A DNA stretch of 64,000 bases from Chthoniobacterales bacterium (GCA_051003415.1 JBPCLI010000015.1:4135-68134), one strand, 5' to 3'. Shown: positions 47,701 to 57,876, counted from the first letter of the stretch. The notes: a model not told the origin generated them from the sequence alone. A program made the numbers and translations.

Positions 47701-47793
47701 AGAGAACCGACGCGACGAAAAACTAAACCGCCCCTCCGCGAACACTCGCGATCTGCGGTCAGAGAGAGAGAGTGCCCGGCGGCAGAAAGAAAA

Positions 47794-47824
47794 CGCCGGC
47801 GCATTCACGAAAAATGCGCCGGCG
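47794..47824 (-). terminator. Rho-independent terminator of the DUF4331 gene
   Basis: Perfect 12-bp stem CGCCGGCGCATT / AATGCGCCGGCG with a 7-nt loop. On the minus strand it is followed by TTTTCTTTC. Confidence 0.75.
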
Positions 47825-47851
47825 CCCATCATTACAACCTTATCGGCGCCC

Positions 47852-49369
47852 CTATGGGGTTGCCGCGTTCGGGCCGGAATCCTTGCTGTTTCTGGGGCCG
47901 GCATTTGGGGTCCCTGCATATGGGAAAGTCCGGTTATAGAGCTGATCGTTAGCCGCCACGTTGTCGCCCAGCAGGGTGATCGTCGCGAAGGTCGGGCCAC
48001 TCGCGACCGCGGTCAGCGCGATGTCGACCACGTCGTCGCCGAAGCGCCGTCCGTTAGGCCAACCGGAAGGAATCTGGTCCCCGTTGCCATTGGCAACGGT
48101 GTCTCCGCCGATGAAACTGAGGCGGTTGAAGCTGCTCTCGCCGGCCACTGGCACAGCACCGGTTGTAGTGTTTACCCGAATGACATCCGGAATGTAAACC
48201 GCTTGAAGGTCGACACGTTTATCGGTCTGAAAGCTGGTTCCGTAGACGGTGTTGATCAGGACTGCGATCTCAGGATTGAGCGCGTACTTGGCGAAGGCCG
48301 CGGCATCTTGCGTCGGCTTCGTCCGATTGTAGTTATCCTTGTCGGCGGCCGCGACCAGCACTTCGTTGAAGAGAGGGTTCGCCAGGCGGTTGACCTGGAT
48401 GTAAGGCCCCGAGCCGGTGTCCGCTTCGGTGCTCGAACGCACCGTCATCTGCGGCCGGCTGACCGAGGCGTAAACGCCGATCCCCTGGCTCTCAGGCTGC
48501 AAGGCGCCGGTGTAGGTGAAACTCGGGAACTTGCTCACCGGAATGGCGATCGCATAATGCAGGACATTGTAGCCTTTAAAACCGTCGACACCATTGCCGT
48601 CCTGGCCAAGCCCGTCGTTCGGATCGCCGTCGTTATCGATGATGCGTCCGTCGAGCAGATCAAAAATCCCTGGCGTATCAGCATAGAAACCGTCCTCGCG
48701 CGACCCGGCGAATACCGTGTAACCCGAAGGCAGATCATAAACCGTCTGCCGGGTATAGGAATCGAGCGTGGCACGATTGGTCGCGCCGGAAATTGCGCGC
48801 CCGTCCGGACCATTGTAGGCCGGAGTCGTGTTCATGCCAACGTTAGGCGGGGGCACGAGCAAGGGCGTGCGCGTGAGCAACGCAGACTTGTTAGGCTTGA
48901 CCTTCGTCACCGTGTAAGTCTGGGTGAAATTCTGTCGCGCGTCCCCCACCGTCACGATCGGTCCCACCTCGGTCCCGAGACCGTAGCGCAAAATCGTGTT
49001 GGTGTTCTTGTAGGAGCCATTGGCGGCGTCGACCGGAGAGAATTTGAATTCATACCGCTCCACTTCTTCGCCCGTGACCGGGTTTGCGAGATGGATCGTG
49101 TAGAGGGCATCGGACGAGAACGCGTCATACATGACGCCATCGCCCGGTTCCGAGAAAGGATGGACGCTGACTTCGACGACGAGGACTTTGGGTCCGTTAC
49201 CCTTTTGCGTCATGAAGGCGTAGAGGTCGGTCAGGTTGGCCTGCGGATCGAGCTTAATCAGCGGGGCGTCACTGTGACTGGAAGCGATCGCACCGGGCGC
49301 GACCGCGAGACAGGTGGCTGCCGCGGCCAGTAAGGTTAGCGGAAGTTTGGAATATTTTTGCAGTATCAT
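47852..49369 (-). CDS. Secreted DUF4331 domain protein
   Basis: Signal peptide, then the hallmark SSHSDAPLIKLDPQANLTDLYAF. 505 aa. Confidence 0.85.
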   Translation of the reverse strand: MILQKYSKLPLTLLAAAATCLAVAPGAIASSHSDAPLIKLDPQANLTDLYAFMTQKGNGPKVLVVEVSVHPFSEPGDGVMYDAFSSDALYTIHLANPVTGEEVERYEFKFSPVDAANGSYKNTNTILRYGLGTEVGPIVTVGDARQNFTQTYTVTKVKPNKSALLTRTPLLVPPPNVGMNTTPAYNGPDGRAISGATNRATLDSYTRQTVYDLPSGYTVFAGSREDGFYADTPGIFDLLDGRIIDNDGDPNDGLGQDGNGVDGFKGYNVLHYAIAIPVSKFPSFTYTGALQPESQGIGVYASVSRPQMTVRSSTEADTGSGPYIQVNRLANPLFNEVLVAAADKDNYNRTKPTQDAAAFAKYALNPEIAVLINTVYGTSFQTDKRVDLQAVYIPDVIRVNTTTGAVPVAGESSFNRLSFIGGDTVANGNGDQIPSGWPNGRRFGDDVVDIALTAVASGPTFATITLLGDNVAANDQLYNRTFPYAGTPNAGPRNSKDSGPNAATP

Positions 49370-49491
49370 TATGGGTTCCTTTTGTTGTGGTTACGGGAGA
49401 GCTACGACGTCGTTTGAAGCGCGGATGCAAAACGGGCGCAGATTTCTCCGGAAGCTCTGCGTGAGAAATGGAGAAAAGCCTGCCCTAGTCG

Positions 49492-50625
49492 TTAGGGTCG
49501 ATGATCACCGATGTCGCTCACGCGCGCAGGATAAGCCCGGCCTTTCCAGAGCGCCGGCCGACCGCGCAGGAACCTAACGAGTCCCAGCCATTGAATCCCG
49601 AGGAGCCCCACGATCGCGACCGGGTGCAGGATCACTCCCAGCCAGGTTTGCCGGAAGAAAAAAGCCGCCAGCAAACGCGGAAGCAAGACAAGCAGGCACG
49701 CAGTCGCCGCCAGCAACCGCACCGGCCACGACACCGGCATCAGCACGAGCAAAAATGGAAGGACCTGCCCGCAAAGCAGGATGAGCGTCATCGGGACGAT
49801 CAGGCCCGGGGCGCCCAGACCTTCATGGGTGTTTTTGGCCAGTCCGCGCCAGACTTCGCCGTCCCGCTGATACATCCGGCAGGTGGCCACATCGGTTGCA
49901 TCGAAGAGATCCGTCGCGAAACCGTACTCCCGAAATTTTTTCGGCAACGAAAGCCCCTCATGAATCCGATTGCGAATGGCGCCGTGACCGCCCGACGCGC
50001 GATAAGCGGCCGCATCGGCCACGAAAAGTTGGCCGCAACCCGCGCCATAAGCCGGATGCCGCGTCCGGCGCATGCGGGGAAGGGGAAGAAATCCCAGGAG
50101 CAGAAAATGAATCAGTGGAATGAGGAGTTGCTCTGAAAAGGTCCGGGTGATTTCGCGCGGCACCCCACTCCCCAGCTGCGCGCCCGCTTGTTCGAGAAAG
50201 GCCGCCAGCCGCGGGGCGGACCCGGGTGCAAGTTGCACGTCGGCATCGACAAAAACGAGAATCGGCCCGCCCGCGGCCGCGGCCAGTTGCGCGCAGGCGA
50301 AATTCTTTCCGCACCAGCCGGGAGGCAGCGCTTCGCCGCGGAGGAGGCGAAGCCGGGGATTCTCGCGCGCGATCTGCCCAACGATCTGCGGGGTCGCGTC
50401 GCTGGAACCGTCGTCCAGCACGAGCACTTCATCCGCGCCGCTCCCGAGCGCAGCGCGCACCGCTGTCTCGATATTCTCGGCTTCGTCGCGCGCCGGGATC
50501 AAGACAGAAATCCCTTTTCTTGAACGGCCGCTTCGAGGGGGCGGCCGGTAGGCGAGCAGGTTAACGAGAAAAAGCAGCGCGGGCACACCGGCGCAAAGGA
50601 GGGACAAGCCCGCGAGCCATATCAT
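49492..50625 (-). CDS. Membrane-associated family-2 glycosyltransferase (CrtQ-like position in the carotenoid operon)
   Basis: ISVLIPARDE, VLDDGSSDAT, ILVFVDADV, and C-terminal TM helices. 4-nt overlap with the upstream acyltransferase. Confidence 0.8.
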   Translation of the reverse strand: MIWLAGLSLLCAGVPALLFLVNLLAYRPPPRSGRSRKGISVLIPARDEAENIETAVRAALGSGADEVLVLDDGSSDATPQIVGQIARENPRLRLLRGEALPPGWCGKNFACAQLAAAAGGPILVFVDADVQLAPGSAPRLAAFLEQAGAQLGSGVPREITRTFSEQLLIPLIHFLLLGFLPLPRMRRTRHPAYGAGCGQLFVADAAAYRASGGHGAIRNRIHEGLSLPKKFREYGFATDLFDATDVATCRMYQRDGEVWRGLAKNTHEGLGAPGLIVPMTLILLCGQVLPFLLVLMPVSWPVRLLAATACLLVLLPRLLAAFFFRQTWLGVILHPVAIVGLLGIQWLGLVRFLRGRPALWKGRAYPARVSDIGDHRP

Positions 50626-51377
50626 AGCCGACCATGATCAGCGCGAAACGCTTCGCCGCGCAACCGGGCCCGCATCCCCCGCCAGAGATCATACGGAAGA
50701 TTGACCCCGCTCCGGCTCCGGCGGAGAACTTTCCATTCGTTAGGCTGGCGCCGCGCCGCGGCCTCTGCGAGCGCGGTCTGGAGGTTCGCCAGGCGCGCCA
50801 CCAGCGAGTCTCCGTCGGACGCCGGTAAGGCTTCGCCAAAAGCGAGCAGCACCTCTGGTTTGCGTTCTTCCCAAAAAGAATACTCGATCGCCAACGGCAG
50901 GAAGACCGAGTCCGGCGCACGCGCCGCGAGGTGATCGATCCCCGGCGCAAAAAGCAACGGCGCACGCACGTCGGCAAATTGTCCCTGCGGCGTGAGAAAG
51001 ACCGCGGTCTTCTCCTCGTCCAAAATCGCGCCAGAGGTCTTAAGAAATTGAGCTGCACCCCGCCTCGTGCCCGTCTCGACGGCAAAAAAGCCGAGCTTCT
51101 CCAGGAAACGATAACGGGCCAGCGCCGCCGTCTCGATCGGGGCGTAAGCGGCCCGGCCGCGAAAAAATTCTCGTCGCAGCACGAGACAGACAAGCGGATC
51201 CCACCAGGCGGCGTGATTCAGGTAAACCACCAGTGGCCCCGGCGGATCGTTAGGCGGCGGAGCCGCGGCGAGGAGACGGATGGAATGAAAGTTTTTCCCC
51301 AGATACCAACCGGCATACCGGGAGAAGAGAGCAAGGAGCGGCCGCGAAATCTTCGGGAGCTGGCCGGCCGCGCTCAC
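50622..51377 (-). CDS. PlsC-type acyltransferase (CrtO-like position)
   Basis: HX4D box NHAAWWDP. A GTG start at 51377 overlaps the TGA of the upstream gene (GTGA). The longer 51473 start would overlap that gene by 100 nt. Confidence 0.7.
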   Translation of the reverse strand: MSAAGQLPKISRPLLALFSRYAGWYLGKNFHSIRLLAAAPPPNDPPGPLVVYLNHAAWWDPLVCLVLRREFFRGRAAYAPIETAALARYRFLEKLGFFAVETGTRRGAAQFLKTSGAILDEEKTAVFLTPQGQFADVRAPLLFAPGIDHLAARAPDSVFLPLAIEYSFWEERKPEVLLAFGEALPASDGDSLVARLANLQTALAEAAARRQPNEWKVLRRSRSGVNLPYDLWRGMRARLRGEAFRADHGRL

Positions 51378-52927
51378 ACGGATTGCGCGGCCAGTTGCGG
51401 TTCGGAGCGTTCCCGTTGCTCGCGCGATGGCGCACCACCGAAATCCTGGTCGATCGCATCCGCCGCGATCCAACCCGACATCAAAACCATCGGCATGCCC
51501 GGGCCGGGATGCGCTGCGCCGCCCGCAAGATACAGTCCACGCAGATCGGGGCTGCGATTGCTCGGTTTAAAGGCTCCGAGCCAGCGCCCGTGACTGGCGA
51601 TTCCATAGATGGCGCCGTTCAGCACACCGTAACGGTCGTGGATATCCTGCGGCGTAAGCGCGCTCTCGGTCACAATCTCGGATTCGAGATCGAGCCCGGC
51701 GACGCGGCGCAACTTGCGCAGAATTACCCGCCGATATTCCGGCAGCATTTTCTTCCAATCGTGATGTTCCCGCAGATACGGAGTGTGGACCAGAACGTAG
51801 AGCGCTTCACCGCCCGCCGGCGCCACGCTGGGATCGCTCCGGGCTGGGGCGCAGACGTAGCAGGTCGGATCCGGCGCGGGCTCGCCTTTGCGATAGATGA
51901 AATCAAATTCCTCGTGCGGGTCGCGCGAGAAAACGAAATTGTGATGGAGCAGCTGGGCGGGTTGACGCTTCAGTCCGAGATAGAGCACGACTCCGGAACA
52001 GGCCGGCTCGTAACGGCGGCGGCGCTCGAATTTTTTCACCCCACCGAGCAGCTCGCGGTGTGTCCGGACGGCGTCGGAATTGGAAACGACCGCCTCCAGC
52101 CTAACGAACTCACCGGAATCCAGCTCCACTCCGCTGACCGCGCCGGCCTCCTGCGTAATTCGCCGCACCGCGCAACCAATTCGAATTTCCACTCCCAGCT
52201 CGCTTGCCAGTTCGGCCAGCGCGCGCGGGATTTCAGCGGTGCCACCACGCGGATAGGAAATACCTTCACTCGTCTGCATGTGCGCGATGCCGCACAAGAC
52301 CGCCGGTGACGCGTCCGGCGCCGAGCCAACGTATTGCGTGAAGTGATCGACCATCTGCGCCACCCGCGCGTCCGGGATGAAACTCCGCACTGTTCCGCCC
52401 ACACTCCGGCCCATCCGCATCGCCAGGACATCACCGAGGGTCCCGGCCTGGACCATGTTGCCGGCGTTAAACATGTCGCGCAGCCCTCCGACCGGTCGAT
52501 AGAAAAACCAGTTTCGCGAAATACGATGCAGACGCTCGGAGAGCTTGAGAAAGCGGTCGTAGCCGGTGGCGGCAGAAGTCCCGGGCGAAAAGCGCTGCAA
52601 CTCCTCCGCCATGCGAGAGGAGTCGGAATGCAAATCGAGCGTGCTGCCGTCTTCAAAAAAGGAGCGCCACTGCGGATCCAACCTAACGAGATCGACCGCT
52701 TGATCGAGGTCGCGGCCGGCTTCGGCAAAAATCCGGCGCAAGACCGAGGGAAGGGTGACGATCGTCGGGCCCATGTCGAAATGGAACCCGTCCTGTTCAA
52801 GGACGGCCGCCTTCCCGCCCAGCCATTCGTTGCGCTCGAAGAGCACGACGGAATAACCGCGGGCCGCGAGAGTGCAGGCGGAGGCCAGTCCGCCCAGGCC
52901 GCCACCGATGATTCCAATGCGTTTCAT
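51374..52927 (-). CDS. CrtI-family carotenoid oxidase/desaturase (CrtP / CrtNb-like)
   Basis: IGIIGGGLGGLASACTLAARGYSVVLFERNEWLGGK and the C-terminal LAGGAAHPGPGMPMV. Confidence 0.85.
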   Translation of the reverse strand: MKRIGIIGGGLGGLASACTLAARGYSVVLFERNEWLGGKAAVLEQDGFHFDMGPTIVTLPSVLRRIFAEAGRDLDQAVDLVRLDPQWRSFFEDGSTLDLHSDSSRMAEELQRFSPGTSAATGYDRFLKLSERLHRISRNWFFYRPVGGLRDMFNAGNMVQAGTLGDVLAMRMGRSVGGTVRSFIPDARVAQMVDHFTQYVGSAPDASPAVLCGIAHMQTSEGISYPRGGTAEIPRALAELASELGVEIRIGCAVRRITQEAGAVSGVELDSGEFVRLEAVVSNSDAVRTHRELLGGVKKFERRRRYEPACSGVVLYLGLKRQPAQLLHHNFVFSRDPHEEFDFIYRKGEPAPDPTCYVCAPARSDPSVAPAGGEALYVLVHTPYLREHHDWKKMLPEYRRVILRKLRRVAGLDLESEIVTESALTPQDIHDRYGVLNGAIYGIASHGRWLGAFKPSNRSPDLRGLYLAGGAAHPGPGMPMVLMSGWIAADAIDQDFGGAPSREQRERSEPQLAAQSV

Positions 52928-54261
52928 TTTCCAGTGTTCGTTCCGGTGGCGCTGGCGGCGATCTTATCTTCGGCTCGCGTGTTGGCGGCGAGGGAGTTTG
53001 CGGGCGACACGCCCGCCGCTACACCACGTCGGCGCGCGGCCCACAGGAAGTCGCGGAATGATTTGATCCGATCTCGGTTCCGGCCATAAACGAGTTTGAT
53101 GTAGGCGCCGAAAAGTTCTTCGTCGCCCGTTTTCGTTTCCTCGAGATGTGGCAAGGCGCGTCCGCGCCGCAGCGCAATGACATGCGGATAAGTGAACTCG
53201 CGCAGGCCATCCGCTCCCCGCGTCGTCCCGAAACCGCTCTCGCGCACTCCGCCAAAAGGAAAACGCGGGTCCGCCGTCGGCGCGATGAGATCGTTGATCG
53301 TGACAAAGCCGGTCGGCAACTGCCGGGCGAGAATGCGCGCGGCCTCTTCGTCAGCGGAAAAAATGGACGCTCCAAGGCCGTATGAATTCTCCCGGGCGAG
53401 GACGAGCACGGCGTGGTCGTCGGCAAAGGCGCGCACTTCCAATTCGCCCAAGCCCAGCTCATGCAAGCGACTCGTTAGGCCGATCCGGGCGTTTTCATGG
53501 ACCAGGACGGACCGCGGCGCCATGCAGGTGTCGCCCGCGTTCAGGCGCCGCCCGAAGGCGATGGCTTTGGCGGCGCGTTCCAGGTCAGCATCCTGCCTAA
53601 CGATTACGAGGTCAGCCCCGGAGAGCTCGAAAATGCCGGGAGTGTTTTGTTCGGCGAGCAGGGCGAGGAAACCACGGCCGTTTTCCGACGATCCGGTGAA
53701 GATGACCTTATCGACGCCCGCCCGCACCGCTTCCTGGGCAGAGGCGGGAGGTTCGGGCAGGATTTGCACCAGGTCGCGATCGATCAGACGCCGCTCGAGC
53801 AATTGACCGACCAGCCATTGGAGCGGGGCGCTGCATCCTTCCGCCGGCTTAAGGAGGACGGCGTTTCCCGCCACCAGCGCCTGCAAGAGTTGCACGCCGG
53901 CGAGGAAAAGCGGGTAGTTCCCTGGCCCAACAATGAGGACAACGCCGAAAGGCCGGCGTTCCACGGTAAAGGAATGACCGCGCAGCCAAAGCGGGCGACC
54001 GCGCGCGCCGAAATTCTCGGGGCGCAAAATCCGCGCCGCATTTCGCTCCAGGAAGCGGCAGGCATCGAGCAGCGGGATGACCTCGGAAGTCAGCTTCTCG
54101 GCCAACGGGCGATCGTTAGGCGCGGCCGCCAACTGCGCGAGATGCGTAGCATTCTCTGCCATCACGAGCCGTAGCTGTGCGATCACGGCGAGGCGCTGGC
54201 GCAGAGTGGAGGCGGCCCAGCGCCGCTGCGCCAAGCGTGCTGCTGCAATCACTTCACTCAT
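52924..54261 (-). CDS. Aldehyde dehydrogenase family protein
   Basis: FTGSSENGR, ELSGAD (ELGGK-type box), NAGDTCMAPRSVLV (catalytic Cys). 445 aa. Confidence 0.85.
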   Translation of the reverse strand: MSEVIAAARLAQRRWAASTLRQRLAVIAQLRLVMAENATHLAQLAAAPNDRPLAEKLTSEVIPLLDACRFLERNAARILRPENFGARGRPLWLRGHSFTVERRPFGVVLIVGPGNYPLFLAGVQLLQALVAGNAVLLKPAEGCSAPLQWLVGQLLERRLIDRDLVQILPEPPASAQEAVRAGVDKVIFTGSSENGRGFLALLAEQNTPGIFELSGADLVIVRQDADLERAAKAIAFGRRLNAGDTCMAPRSVLVHENARIGLTSRLHELGLGELEVRAFADDHAVLVLARENSYGLGASIFSADEEAARILARQLPTGFVTINDLIAPTADPRFPFGGVRESGFGTTRGADGLREFTYPHVIALRRGRALPHLEETKTGDEELFGAYIKLVYGRNRDRIKSFRDFLWAARRRGVAAGVSPANSLAANTRAEDKIAASATGTNTGK

Positions 54262-55826
54262 GCCGCTGCCTCCTCCATGGGGAAGGCGGCCGGCATTTCC
54301 GGCGCCGATACCCCGAGATCCTGCAAAAGAAGACGGGAGCTAATGCGAGCCGATTCGAATATTACCGGCAATCCGCTTCCTGGATGAGTCCCACCGCCGA
54401 CGAGATAGACGCCGTCGACATCTTCGAAGCGGTTGTGCGGACGCAGATGGAGGAGTTGCCCGAGGCTGTGGGCGAGATTGAAGGTCGCGCCGCGATGAAT
54501 TTCATACTGCTTCTCCCAATCGTCCGGAGTGAGGAGTCGCTCGAAACGAATACGTCGCTCGAGATCGGTGAAACCAGCTTGCGCTGCCTTCTGCAAGGCA
54601 AGCGCGCGATAGCGTTCCCGCTCCCGCGACCAATCGACATTCGGATGCTGGTGCGTGACCGGGACGAGAAAATAGATCGTGCTCATGCCCGCGGGCGCGA
54701 GGGTCGGATCGGTGACCGACGCATTCTGAATATAGAACGACGGATCTTCCGAGAGCACGTGCCGATTCTCAATTTCATCGAGGTTCCGCGCGTAATCCGC
54801 CGAGATATGGATGTTGTGGTGCGGCAGGTCGTAACGCCCCTCGATTCCGAGGTAGAGCATGAAAGTGGAGCAGGGAAACTTCTTCTTCGCCATCTTGCGC
54901 GCATTCCAGCGCCGCAGCTTCCCGTTAGGCAAGAGGCGCGACATGGCGCGCGCGAAATCCGCGTTGAGCACGACCGCGTCGGCAGCGTAGACACCTTCCC
55001 GGGTGCGGACGCCGGTGGCGCGTCGTCCCTCCAGCAAAACTTCCTCGACCGGTTCATCGAGACGAATTTCCACCCCCATCCGCCGGGCCACGCGCGCGAG
55101 CGCGGTCATGACCGCACCGCAACCACCGATCGGATGGAACACGCCGTATTCGTACTCGAGAAAGGAGAGAATCGAAAAGAGGCTGGGGCAGCGGAAAGGC
55201 GACATGCCGAGATATTTTGATTGGAAAGAAAAAGCGAGCCGGATTCGTTCGTCGGCAAAGAAGCGGCGGAGGTAAGTATCGATCGATTGATGCGGCCGCA
55301 GCATCGGGAGCAGTTTGAGCAGACTGGGCGCGAAGATGTCTTTCCAACTGGAGAACGAACTCTCGAGACAGGGTTGCATGAGGGCGAGCTTGCGCCGGTT
55401 GTCCTCGAGAAAACGGCCGAAGCCAGGGACGTCGTTAGGCGCGAGGCCGGCGATTTGCCGTTCCATCGCCGCGCGCTCGGGGGTGCAATCGATCTGGCCG
55501 CCCGCTCCGAAAGTGAGGCGATATTGCGGATCGAGCCGGACCATTTCCACCTCGGCCTGAAGCGAGGTGCCGGCCGTGCGCAGGATTTCGTCAAGGATGC
55601 GGGGATAAAGAAAGAACGTCGGGCCAAGATCGAACTTGAATCCCTCGGCCTCGATCGTGGAGGTGCGGCCCCCGACGATCGGAAGGCGCTCCAAGATTCG
55701 CACCCGCACTCCAGCAGCGGCCAGTAGAATGGAAGCGGCAAGTCCGCCGGGGCCGGCACCGACGATCACGACTTCGCGGGTGGCTCCAACTCGCCCCGCA
55801 GAAGCAGTTCTCATATTTAAATTCAT
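54258..55826 (-). CDS. CrtI-family desaturase (CrtN-like, dehydrosqualene/squalene desaturase type)
   Basis: Start taken at MNLNMRTAS... (55826). VVIVGAGPGGLAASILLAAAGVRVRILERLPIVGGR and the C-terminal VGGGTHPGSGLPVI. The upstream 155 codons of the 677-aa ORF look non-coding. Confidence 0.85.
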   Translation of the reverse strand: MNLNMRTASAGRVGATREVVIVGAGPGGLAASILLAAAGVRVRILERLPIVGGRTSTIEAEGFKFDLGPTFFLYPRILDEILRTAGTSLQAEVEMVRLDPQYRLTFGAGGQIDCTPERAAMERQIAGLAPNDVPGFGRFLEDNRRKLALMQPCLESSFSSWKDIFAPSLLKLLPMLRPHQSIDTYLRRFFADERIRLAFSFQSKYLGMSPFRCPSLFSILSFLEYEYGVFHPIGGCGAVMTALARVARRMGVEIRLDEPVEEVLLEGRRATGVRTREGVYAADAVVLNADFARAMSRLLPNGKLRRWNARKMAKKKFPCSTFMLYLGIEGRYDLPHHNIHISADYARNLDEIENRHVLSEDPSFYIQNASVTDPTLAPAGMSTIYFLVPVTHQHPNVDWSRERERYRALALQKAAQAGFTDLERRIRFERLLTPDDWEKQYEIHRGATFNLAHSLGQLLHLRPHNRFEDVDGVYLVGGGTHPGSGLPVIFESARISSRLLLQDLGVSAPEMPAAFPMEEAAA

Positions 55827-55869
55827 CGATCGGTTGTACGTTTGAATTAAGGAAACGGATTCAACTTTA

Positions 55870-56742
55870 CAGCCAAGCTGCGGCAGAAGCGACCTGACGA
55901 CCAGTGCGCCTAGGGCTTGGGCGAGACTGCCGCTTCCTCTGCCGCGAATTCTTCGGCGAGGGCAACGACCAGGCAATCCGGGTATAACGCACGTCGCCCT
56001 CCCCGCGAGGTCCGCGCTCCTGGCGCCGCCCTTCCGAGAAGCGCACCCAGCCGCCTCGTTCACGATCGGGTCCGTCGAGCGGATAGAGCGCGGCGAAAAA
56101 TACAGAGTGTAATAATCCGGCGCACGCGGACCGCTTCGTTGAAGAGTCGGAAAAACTCCGCTGGCGGCCAGCCTTGGACGAAGGCGACCACTTCCATCTT
56201 GTGAAAAATTCCGGCGGGATTTTCGCGTTCGGATGCCCTTCCAGAATCTGCTGGGCGACACTTGCTTCGCGTAGGTAAGCGGCGAGGCCATCTTCCACCT
56301 CGGAAGCGGAGCCGGCCCAGCGGGCGTGGTTGCCTAGAGCGTGTCATGCATTTTTGAGCAGGTGGAAGCAACGGATGAAGGTAGCCGCCCTGCCTCTGGG
56401 CCCGGGGAGCACCTGCATCTGCGCGCTGGGAAATCATTTCTCCGTCACCCTTGTGCTGTGCTGCTCAAAGTGCGTGACACCCTCTAGGCTCAAGTGACAT
56501 CCCGCCTGCGCGATCGACTGGGCCGCCGAAGTGGGATAATGCGAAAGCCAGTGTTCCATCTTCCGGGCGACTTGGGCATAACGTTCATCGGACTCATCCG
56601 TGTTCACTTCCAAGCCGCTGAAAAAGCGCTTAGGATCCACGTCCCATTTGAGAATCTCTCGCGGCTTTCCCGCAGTTCGTTAGCCAGCTCCTCGAAGGTC
56701 GCGAAATCTTCGCGCCAAAACGCCTGCCCGACCGTCGCCATG
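55870..56742 (-). pseudogene. Multi-frameshift gene remnant, family not recognised
   Basis: Protein-like pieces are spread over three minus-strand frames (MATVGQAFWREDFATFEELANELRE; DPKRFFSGLEVNTDESDERYAQVARKMEHWLSHYP; LEDGLAAYLREASVAQQILEGHPNAKIPPEFF; KMEVVAFVQGWPPAEFFRLFNEAV). No intact ORF exists. Confidence 0.35.
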
Positions 56743-56901
56743 GAATGCTCCCGATTTGATGACCGCACTTGTGCCTAACGAAAAGAAGAGCACGATCGAG
56801 ACAGTAAAACGGGCGCAATACCGCGAGACGTCCTGAGATGGCGGGAATCGAGCCGCTCTTGCATAACCAACGGCGACGCTGGGTAGACCGAAGACGTCCG
56901 G

Positions 56902-57876
56902 TCAGGGATTCTTCTTCTGCCGCAGATAGAGGGTGCCGCTATTGAAATCGAAAACCGCGCCATGCATGCCCAGGTATTCGGCCCCGAGCAAACCGCCCGC
57001 CGGGCTCTTGCCCTGGCCGCCGAGCAACTCCGGATCGAGAGCGGTGATGGTGACGCTCGCATTTCGGATCACGAAATCACCCACCTTGAACTCCGGGAAC
57101 TGGCTCACCTGGATTGGCCTCGCTTTCGTCCCAAAGCCTTCTGCGTATTGGCCGGTGTTATGACCGCCGAGGTGAGCGCTCCGCGCAAATTGGTCATCGA
57201 TGACGGTAAGGAAAGCACCTGTATCGACAACGAGACGGCAGGGTGTCCCATTGATCACCGCCGACAGATAGAGATGACCGCTACTGATGGAAAGCTCGAC
57301 CGGCGTGTAACCTTGTTTCGTTAGGATGGATCGCATCCTTTGGGAGACTCCGTTGCTCTGCCCGCGCGGATTGACCAGGAGAAGATGATTGGAGATGTCG
57401 AGCACAGCGCCGTATTTCATCATCTCCCGGAGGCCGAAGAGACCGTCCGTCGCGCCGTAAACGCGATAGAGCCCGCCGCTGGCGGGATCGGGAAGCACGG
57501 CCGCTTTCACATTCGTGAGGGTGCAATTTCCCATCGCAAGCTGGTGAATGACGGTACGGCCTACTTTATCTTTTCCTTTCCCGAAGGCGCCGTGCACTGC
57601 GATGTCCGTCTCTTCACGAGTCAGGCCGAATTTTTTCATGACCCCCTGGAAGACGATGGCGCTGGGCGACCCGGTATCGATCGTTAGGTCGCCGGGCTGC
57701 CCGTTAGCGATAATCGGAAGCCGGTAGGTGTTCTGATATTGGATAAATTGGGCGCCGCCATATCCGTGGGCAACAACGTACTGGTCGAGTGCGGTCAGAG
57801 CCACGGCACCTCGCGCGCTTGGCAGGAGGCTGGACAGGACGAGGAAGACAACACCCAAAAGGATTAATTTGCGCAC
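56902..57876 (-). CDS. Secreted retropepsin-like (clan AA) aspartic protease, two pseudo-repeats
   Basis: Signal peptide and two DTG boxes (DLTIDTGSPSAIVF, RLVVDTGAFLTVID). Confidence 0.75.
   Translation of the reverse strand: MRKLILLGVVFLVLSSLLPSARGAVALTALDQYVVAHGYGGAQFIQYQNTYRLPIIANGQPGDLTIDTGSPSAIVFQGVMKKFGLTREETDIAVHGAFGKGKDKVGRTVIHQLAMGNCTLTNVKAAVLPDPASGGLYRVYGATDGLFGLREMMKYGAVLDISNHLLLVNPRGQSNGVSQRMRSILTKQGYTPVELSISSGHLYLSAVINGTPCRLVVDTGAFLTVIDDQFARSAHLGGHNTGQYAEGFGTKARPIQVSQFPEFKVGDFVIRNASVTITALDPELLGGQGKSPAGGLLGAEYLGMHGAVFDFNSGTLYLRQKKNP

Noticed and set aside
47757-47771. (GA)n microsatellite-like run, and a general search for CRISPR arrays, tRNAs, rRNAs and transposase/integrase genes
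   Set aside because: The GA run is only about 6 units. No regularly spaced direct repeats, no GTTCRANYC T-loop-containing cloverleaf candidates in the spacers, and no DDE/tyrosine-recombinase-like ORFs were seen.
55827-56291. N-terminal 155-codon extension of the CrtN-like ORF (677-aa version)
   Set aside because: The extension is Arg/Ser/Pro-rich nonsense lacking any homology-like pattern. The dinucleotide-binding fold begins right after the internal Met at 55826/55814, as in all CrtI-family proteins.
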